DNA of 32,000 bases. Source: Candidatus Hadarchaeales archaeon (lineage in GTDB: Archaea; Hadarchaeota; Hadarchaeia; Hadarchaeales; Hadarchaeaceae). Location: positions 1-32,000 of the forward strand of contig JAWBCC010000005.1 in the NCBI GenBank assembly GCA_038823825.1, in the 5' to 3' direction. Of this stretch, positions 26,478 through 32,000 are shown piece by piece (the stretch's first letter is position 1; the number at the start of each line of letters is the position of its first letter). Below the pieces are notes generated by a model that saw only the letters and a program-made list of their open reading frames with translations, did not search any database and was not told the DNA's origin. Made by a program: the position numbers and the translations under genes.

Positions 26478-28118
26478 ATGGCTAGCCAGCTTGCTGGAAC
26501 TCCAATCCTGATCTTGCCTGAGAAAGTTCAGAGATACATAGGTAGAGATGCTCAAAGGATGAACATAATGGCGGCCAGAGTCATTGCGGAGGCTGTCAGA
26601 ACCACCTTGGGTCCAAGAGGGATGGATAAGATGCTTGTTGACAACCTCGGGGATGTCACAATCACAAACGATGGGGTAACCATTTTGGATGAGATGGACG
26701 TAGAACATCCGGCTGCGAAGATGATGGTTGAGGCCTCCAAAACACAAGAAAATGAGGTCGGGGATGGAACTACCACGGTTGTAATTCTGGCTGGCGAACT
26801 TTTGAAGAGAGCAGAAGAACTACTCGATCAGAACTTCCATCCAAGCGTTATAATTTCCGGATACAGGAAAGCGGCCGAATATGCATGCAAGGTGCTAGAG
26901 AAAATAGCCAAACCCGTGACGAAAGACGATGATGAGACGCTCAAGAAAATTGCTCTAACGGCACTGAGCAGCAAGGGGACCGAGGCTAAAGGAGAAAAGC
27001 TCGCCGATCTGTGTGTGAAAGCTGTGAAACAGATTGTCGAGGAGGCAAACGGAAAGATTGAGGCCGACATAGATAATATAAAAGTCGAAAAGAAAACCGG
27101 TGGGAGTTCCGCAGATTCTCAGCTCATAACCGGAATCATTCTTGACAAGGAAGTTGTGCATCCCGGTATGCCAAAGAGAATAGAAAAAGCTAAAATCGCT
27201 CTGTTAAACCTTGCGCTGGAGGTTAAAGAAACAGAAACTGATGCGAAAATAAACATAACTTCGCCTGAGCAACTGAAAAGCTTCATGGAAGAGGAAAGAC
27301 GCATGTTGAAGGATATGGTTGACAAGATAAAATCCGTAGGTGCAAACGTTGTGTTCTGTCAGAAGGGAATTGATGATGTCGCGCAACACTATCTCGCGAA
27401 GGCCAAAATATTGGCCGTTAGAAGGGTAAAGGAATCTGACATGGAAAAGCTCGCAAGAGCAACTGGTGGAAAAATTGTAACAAATATAAAGGATCTTACC
27501 CCGGCCGATCTGGGCGAAGCTGAACTTGTTGAGGAGCGAAAGATTGCTGGAGAAGACATGGTGTTTATCGAAGGATGTAAGAATCCGAGATCTGTGAGTA
27601 TCCTGGTCAGGGGCGGCACGGAACACGTTGTTGACGAAATCGAAAGAGCCGTGCACGATGCTTTGTCTGTGATTTCCGCATCGATTGAGGATGGGAAAAT
27701 AGTGGGTGGAGGTGGAGCTCCAGAAGTAGAGGTTGCCAAAGAACTTAGAAAGTTTGCTGACACCGTGGGGGGAAGAGAAGCGATAGCAATCAATGCTTTT
27801 GCAGATTCACTTGAGATCGTGCCAAAAACGTTGGCGGAGAACGCGGGGATGGATCCGATTGACATTCTAGTCAAACTGCGTGCTGCACATGAAAAGCCAA
27901 ACGGAGAGGTCATGGGACTGAATGTCTTCACAGGAGAGATCGTAGACACTGTGAAAGCTGGGATAATTGAGCCAATTAGAGTAAAAGTGCAGGCGATCAA
28001 ATCGGCTACTGAAGTTTCCGAGATGATTTTGAGAATCGATGACGTGATTGCTGCCGTAAAACTTGAAAAGGAAGAAAAGGAGAAAAAAGAAACAAAGCCA
28101 CCTACTCCAGAATTCTAA
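26478..28118 (+). CDS. thsA: Thermosome (group II chaperonin) subunit
   Basis: [81 protein letters not shown]; [15 protein letters not shown]. Confidence 0.97.
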   Translation: MASQLAGTPILILPEKVQRYIGRDAQRMNIMAARVIAEAVRTTLGPRGMDKMLVDNLGDVTITNDGVTILDEMDVEHPAAKMMVEASKTQENEVGDGTTTVVILAGELLKRAEELLDQNFHPSVIISGYRKAAEYACKVLEKIAKPVTKDDDETLKKIALTALSSKGTEAKGEKLADLCVKAVKQIVEEANGKIEADIDNIKVEKKTGGSSADSQLITGIILDKEVVHPGMPKRIEKAKIALLNLALEVKETETDAKINITSPEQLKSFMEEERRMLKDMVDKIKSVGANVVFCQKGIDDVAQHYLAKAKILAVRRVKESDMEKLARATGGKIVTNIKDLTPADLGEAELVEERKIAGEDMVFIEGCKNPRSVSILVRGGTEHVVDEIERAVHDALSVISASIEDGKIVGGGGAPEVEVAKELRKFADTVGGREAIAINAFADSLEIVPKTLAENAGMDPIDILVKLRAAHEKPNGEVMGLNVFTGEIVDTVKAGIIEPIRVKVQAIKSATEVSEMILRIDDVIAAVKLEKEEKEKKETKPPTPEF

Positions 28119-28137
28119 ACTAAAAGGGGGTCACAAT

Positions 28138-28341
28138 ATTTTTCCAGAAAAATACACGAGATATGAAAAAGCCAGAATAATCGGCGCCCGAGCTCTTCAG
28201 ATTTCCTTAGGTGCACCGATTTTGATCAACCCTCCAAAAGGAATAACAGATCCTGTGGAGATAGCTCTCTACGAATTCGAGCAAGGGGTTATACCCATAA
28301 CGGTTATTAGAAGATTACCCGACGAGAGAATTCGCACATAA
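28138..28341 (+). CDS. rpoK: DNA-directed RNA polymerase subunit K (Rpb6-like)
   Basis: [59 protein letters not shown]. The start is uncertain: ATT 28138 with SD-like GGGGGT, or TTG 28063 inside the thermosome gene. Confidence 0.9.
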   Translation: MFPEKYTRYEKARIIGARALQISLGAPILINPPKGITDPVEIALYEFEQGVIPITVIRRLPDERIRT

Positions 28342-28382
28342 GCAGCAAACTAAAAAGTTAGACTCGTGATATTTTTTCTGAG

Positions 28383-29411
28383 ATGGGGGTCCAGATTTCA
28401 GACATCGTCCCGGCAGATGAAGTACTCCTCGAGGAGCTTAGAGGGAAAACTATTGCTATAGATGCGATGAATTTTCTCTATCAATTTCTCTCAATAATCA
28501 GGCAGAGAGACGGAGAGCTTCTAAGAGACTCCAAGGGAAGGATAACCTCTCATCTCTCCGGACTTTTTTACAGAACAGCAAACTTCATCGAGCTTGGAAT
28601 AAAACCGATTTATGTATTTGATGGTGCTCCACCAATTCTGAAACTCAAAACCGTTGAAGAGAGAAAAATGGCAAGAATCGATGCTGAAAGGGAATGGAAA
28701 AAAGCCCTTGAAGAAGGTCGGATAGAAGAGGCAAGAAAATTCGCACAGCGGGCGGGAAGGGTCGATGAAGAAATGATTAGGCAGGCAAAAACGTTGCTTG
28801 ATTACATGGGCGTACCTTGGGTTCAAGCTCCGGGCGAGGGTGAAGCTCAAGCAGCCCGGATAGTTCAAAGGGGAGATGCTTGGGCGGTTGGTAGTCAAGA
28901 TTACGATGCTCTTCTGTTTGGGGCACCGAGACTCGTGAGAAATCTAGCAATAACCGGAAAGAGAAAGCTGCCTGGGAAGGATGTTTACATCGACGTAAAG
29001 CCTGAGATAGTAGAGCTTGAGAGAACTCTTAAAACATTGGGGATAACGAGAGAGCAACTTGTTGGAATAGGGATTTTAGTTGGAACCGATTACAATGAGG
29101 GAATAAAAGGCATAGGACCGAAAAAAGCACTTGCGCTCGTCAAGCAGTACGCTTCTTTAAGTGAACTTTTGCAAACCGAGTTTGCTGAGAAGTTTGAGGT
29201 AGATCCATTCAAGGTGGCTGAAATATTTCTCAAGCCGGAGGTTACAGACGACTACGAAATCAGAGAAAAAAAACCAAATCCAGATAAGATAAAAGAGTTC
29301 CTCTGCGAGGAGCATGACTTCTCGGAAGATCGAGTAGAAAAGGGTATAGAGAAAATCACAAAAGGTTTGGAGAAATCCACGCAAACTTCGTTAGAACGCT
29401 GGTTCTCATAG
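28383..29411 (+). CDS. fen: Flap endonuclease FEN-1
   Basis: TIAIDAMNFLYQFLSIIRQ, VFDGAPPILK, GVPWVQAPGEGEAQAARI, DYDALLFGAP, GTDYNEGIKGIGPKKAL; C-terminal PIP-box-like QTSLERWF. Confidence 0.96.
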   Translation: MGVQISDIVPADEVLLEELRGKTIAIDAMNFLYQFLSIIRQRDGELLRDSKGRITSHLSGLFYRTANFIELGIKPIYVFDGAPPILKLKTVEERKMARIDAEREWKKALEEGRIEEARKFAQRAGRVDEEMIRQAKTLLDYMGVPWVQAPGEGEAQAARIVQRGDAWAVGSQDYDALLFGAPRLVRNLAITGKRKLPGKDVYIDVKPEIVELERTLKTLGITREQLVGIGILVGTDYNEGIKGIGPKKALALVKQYASLSELLQTEFAEKFEVDPFKVAEIFLKPEVTDDYEIREKKPNPDKIKEFLCEEHDFSEDRVEKGIEKITKGLEKSTQTSLERWFS

Positions 29412-30068
29412 CCGTTCCTTCCATCCATATTCGCCTATTAGCGGGACAAACGCACATCCTCCATATTCTTCTGTTTTCAATTTTCCGTTTTTCTTTTCAA
29501 GAACTGTCCAAGTCTGAAACATCTCGTGTCTGCCTAGCGGAAGTCCCATTTTCCCGCCCTTTGCTAGTTGTTCTATGAGGGGACGTGGAGGCTCTGGAGC
29601 ACAAGCCGTTACGAGTATTCTATCCCATGGAGCTTCCTTCGCGTAACCGAGAGTTCCATCACCGAGGACGATTGAAACATGAGCGTAACCTGTGCGTTTG
29701 AGGTTATCCTTCGCGAAATTGGCGAGTTCTGGTATTCTTTCGATGGAAACAACTCTCCCGTTTTTTCCAACGACCTCCGCCAGCAGAGCTGCGTTGTAAC
29801 CTGAGCCCGCGCCTATTTCGAGCACTTTCTGGTTTGGCTTAAGGTCAAGCGTTTCCATCATTATCGCAATCATGCTTGGAGCGGAGATTGTCTGCCCGTA
29901 CCCGATCGGTAATGGTTGATCGGAGTATGCGTATTCGCGCAGTTCTTCTGGCACGAATTCGTGTCTCGGAACTTTGCGGAAAGCCTCGATTATCTTTGGA
30001 GTCTTTAGATATCCAAGTGAGATGAGGGTTTTGACAAGTCTCTCCCTTTCGTTCTCAAAATCAAGCAT
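29406..30068 (-). CDS. pcm: Protein-L-isoaspartate O-methyltransferase
   Basis: FRKVPRHEFVPEELREYAYSDQPLPIGYGQTISAPSMIAIM, VLEIGAGSGYNAALLAE, ERIPELA, GDGTLGY. Confidence 0.94.
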   Translation of the reverse strand: MLDFENERERLVKTLISLGYLKTPKIIEAFRKVPRHEFVPEELREYAYSDQPLPIGYGQTISAPSMIAIMMETLDLKPNQKVLEIGAGSGYNAALLAEVVGKNGRVVSIERIPELANFAKDNLKRTGYAHVSIVLGDGTLGYAKEAPWDRILVTACAPEPPRPLIEQLAKGGKMGLPLGRHEMFQTWTVLEKKNGKLKTEEYGGCAFVPLIGEYGWKERL

Positions 30069-30112
30069 TCAATAGTTAAATCTCCCTTCTCCTCTAAAAA
30101 ATTTGAAGTCTG

Positions 30113-30526
30113 ATGAAATGGATAATCCGCGCTAGAGGTCATCCAAACATTACGGCAAAACATCCAACAACGTTCATGTTGACGATGGAGAAGGAGATCG
30201 GTCCGCGTGCGGATTGTGTTGTTGGAGTGCAAGCTGAGACCGGAGCAGCTGGACTTGACCAAAATTTGAAGAAACTCTTGAAATCCGGAGCTACCGTCAA
30301 GCTCTTGATCTCCTGTGGGGGGGTTCGTGAGGAAGTCTTGGCTAAAGGGCATCCCTCCCTCTCTTTCGACCATCCAACCGATATCGTCGTCAGAAAAAGT
30401 TCGTACACATGCGGGCGGACTATTGCTATCTTGGCGGACAAGGGGGCAGCGGATTTTTCCAGAGAACTTGTCGAAAAACTGCAACATCCAAACGAAGTTT
30501 TGCTGACGATAGAAATCTTACTTTAG
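30113..30526 (+). CDS. DUF371 family archaeal protein
   Basis: ARGHPNITAKHPTTFMLTMEKEIGPRADCVVGVQAETG...VLAKGHPSLSFDHPTDIVVRKSSYTCGRTIAILADKGAADFSRELV. Confidence 0.8.
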   Translation: MKWIIRARGHPNITAKHPTTFMLTMEKEIGPRADCVVGVQAETGAAGLDQNLKKLLKSGATVKLLISCGGVREEVLAKGHPSLSFDHPTDIVVRKSSYTCGRTIAILADKGAADFSRELVEKLQHPNEVLLTIEILL

Positions 30527-30691
30527 TTCCAGGATTTCTAAGAGGTCCTCTGGCAAAAGATAGGGAATACCATCGATTATGGGATACTTACGGCCACATT
30601 TCTTACAGATCAGATTATTTTTCCTCTTCTGCAGATCTCCCTTGCAAACGGGGCAAACGATTATCTCTAGAATTTTTCGATCCAATTTCAC
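30518..30691 (-). CDS. Trm112-like small zinc-binding protein
   Basis: (V)KLDRKILEIIVCPVCKGDLQKRKNNLICKKCGRKYPIIDGIPYLLPED; GTG at 30691 is more plausible than the track start 30817. Confidence 0.82.
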   Translation of the reverse strand: MKLDRKILEIIVCPVCKGDLQKRKNNLICKKCGRKYPIIDGIPYLLPEDLLEILELK

Positions 30692-30695
30692 AAAC

Positions 30696-31352
30696 TTACA
30701 TCTCTCCTGGTTCAAATATCTTTTTTCCCAAATTTGTCTTCGCGAGGAATTTGACCGCCAGATATCCGGCAAGAGAGTAACCCATTCCCCCCACAATATC
30801 CTGCCAGTAGTGCTCACCTAGATATATCGTTGAGAATGTCAGAAGAATAAACACGATGACCCAAACTGCAAAAATTCTCCTTCCGTATGATCTGACAAAA
30901 AGAGTTGCTGAGAGAGAGTTTGCCACGTGTAGGCTGGGAAACGCTCCATAAGGATATGGGTTGGCGACCTCGCTTATGCCAAACATTTCGCGTCTGACAT
31001 CTCTCACACCGTTTACTGCCATCCTCGGAGGTGCAACAGGAAACAACCACCAAGTTAGCATGGAGATCGACTGTACAAAAATAAAAACCGCCAAATATCT
31101 TTCTAGTCTTGGTGCATCCCTCTTCAGAAAAATGTAAATTCCGGTTCCGTATATCATCATAATGTATCCGAGAGAATAGACCAGAAGCATAAAGATGTCA
31201 AAGTAACGGGAGGATAGGCGATCTTGGAGAAAAAGGACATCTTCGCCGCCGAAAGAATGCGGGTTGACTGGAGAAGGAAGCATTCGTGGGACGATTTCAT
31301 AAATGGCGGTTGCTATGGCTAGAAGAAGCAGTAGCTTCAGGATTTTTCTCAT
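30696..31352 (-). CDS. PAP2-superfamily membrane phosphatase / lipid phosphotransferase
   Basis: Polytopic with NPYPYGAFPSLHVANSL and TIYLGEHYWQDIVGGMGYSL, PAP2/Aur1-like motifs. Confidence 0.85.
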   Translation of the reverse strand: MRKILKLLLLLAIATAIYEIVPRMLPSPVNPHSFGGEDVLFLQDRLSSRYFDIFMLLVYSLGYIMMIYGTGIYIFLKRDAPRLERYLAVFIFVQSISMLTWWLFPVAPPRMAVNGVRDVRREMFGISEVANPYPYGAFPSLHVANSLSATLFVRSYGRRIFAVWVIVFILLTFSTIYLGEHYWQDIVGGMGYSLAGYLAVKFLAKTNLGKKIFEPGEM

Positions 31353-31379
31353 GGAGGATACCTCAAAAACTTTGATGCT

Positions 31380-31414
31380 CGGAGTTTTAAGTTCTAGTGT
31401 AGATTTGCAGCTTG
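31380..31414 (+). promoter_or_regulatory. TATA-like element upstream of a probably leaderless queE
   Basis: 'gagttttaag' around 31383-31392, about 25 nt upstream of ATG 31415. Confidence 0.45.
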
Positions 31415-32000
31415 ATGAAAAGCGGATACGTTGGGGAGATTTTCAGCTCCATACAAGGGGAAGGTCTATATGTTGGAAGAAGGCAGGTTTTCGTTAGGTT
31501 TGCCGGGTGTAATCTTTCATGCGTCTACTGTGACACCGTTAAGTTCAGAAAACCGGCGAAATATTGTAGGATAGAAAAAGCCGGAAAATCGGAAATCCGC
31601 AAAAATCCGATGAAATCGGTGGAAATTTTTGAGGAGGTGCTCAGACTTGCAACACCTGACATCCACTCCGTGTCCCTGACTGGCGGGGAGCCTCTTATGG
31701 CGGCAGAGCTGGCGGGAGAAGTTGCCAAACTCTGCAAGAAGGCCTCTTTGCCGGTTTATCTGGAAACCAACGGAAGTGTGCCTGAGGCAATGAAAAAAAT
31801 CGTGAAGTTTATAGACTACGCCTCCATCGACGTAAAGTTGCCAGAACACAAATCTGTTAAACCTGGAGAATGGGAATCCCTCTTCAAAAAAGAACTCTCC
31901 TGTGTGAGGATCGCCAGAAAAAAAGCTGAAACTTTTGTGAAAATTGTGGTTCTGCCAAACACAAAAGAAACTACGATTTTTTCGGTTTGCAAAGAAATCG
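31415..32000 (+). CDS. queE: 7-carboxy-7-deazaguanine synthase (radical SAM), partial at right edge
   Basis: MKSGYVGEIFSSIQGEGLYVGRRQVFVRFAGCNLSCVYCDT (CxxxCxxC), SLTGGEPLM, VYLETNGS, DYASIDVKLP. Absent from the track because there is no stop within the window. Confidence 0.88.
   Translation, partial: MKSGYVGEIFSSIQGEGLYVGRRQVFVRFAGCNLSCVYCDTVKFRKPAKYCRIEKAGKSEIRKNPMKSVEIFEEVLRLATPDIHSVSLTGGEPLMAAELAGEVAKLCKKASLPVYLETNGSVPEAMKKIVKFIDYASIDVKLPEHKSVKPGEWESLFKKELSCVRIARKKAETFVKIVVLPNTKETTIFSVCKEI

Noticed and set aside
26552-28000. Minus-strand ORFs (up to 203 aa) opposite the thermosome gene
   Set aside because: Shadow ORFs rich in Ser/Phe/Ile, with no motifs, opposite an unmistakable thermosome sequence.
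31303-31497. Plus-strand 64-aa ORF over the queE start
   Set aside because: Out of frame with the conserved QueE N-terminus and overlapping the PAP2 gene 5' end.

Overview
This window is a compact, gene-dense archaeal chromosome segment. Diagnostic genes are a thermosome subunit, RpoK, FEN-1, Trm1, the archaeal bifunctional FBP aldolase/phosphatase, an archaeal-type riboflavin reductase, a DUF371 protein, and TATA/BRE-like promoters. The core is a complete, tightly overlapping Rnf operon (rnfCDGEAB, 4793-9461). Convergent to it is an unusual single ORF (9442-11565, minus) whose N-terminal half looks like a MOP/Wzx-type polytopic flippase and whose C-terminal half is a full ApbE flavin transferase. 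This is a plausible membrane-tethered flavinylation enzyme for the neighbouring RnfG/RnfD. Around it lie NAD synthesis genes (nadX, nadC), hypA with an MRP/MinD-type ATPase, and a riboflavin-pathway reductase. The left edge holds a very large secreted beta-propeller protein (FG-GAP/PQQ-like blades followed by Kelch-like blades) that runs off the window. It is preceded by an A24 prepilin peptidase and a small membrane protein. The right half contains surface glycan/lipid genes, an RNA-modification cluster (Trm1, RlmE-like, DUF123 GIY-YIG, QueD), FBPase/aldolase, thermosome, RpoK, FEN-1, Pcm, and a partial QueE at the right edge. Two tRNA genes (His-GTG, Thr-CGT) are supported by cloverleaf pairing. 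No CRISPR array, transposon or rRNA was recognised. All calls come from reading the sequence and motif recognition; no database search was run.
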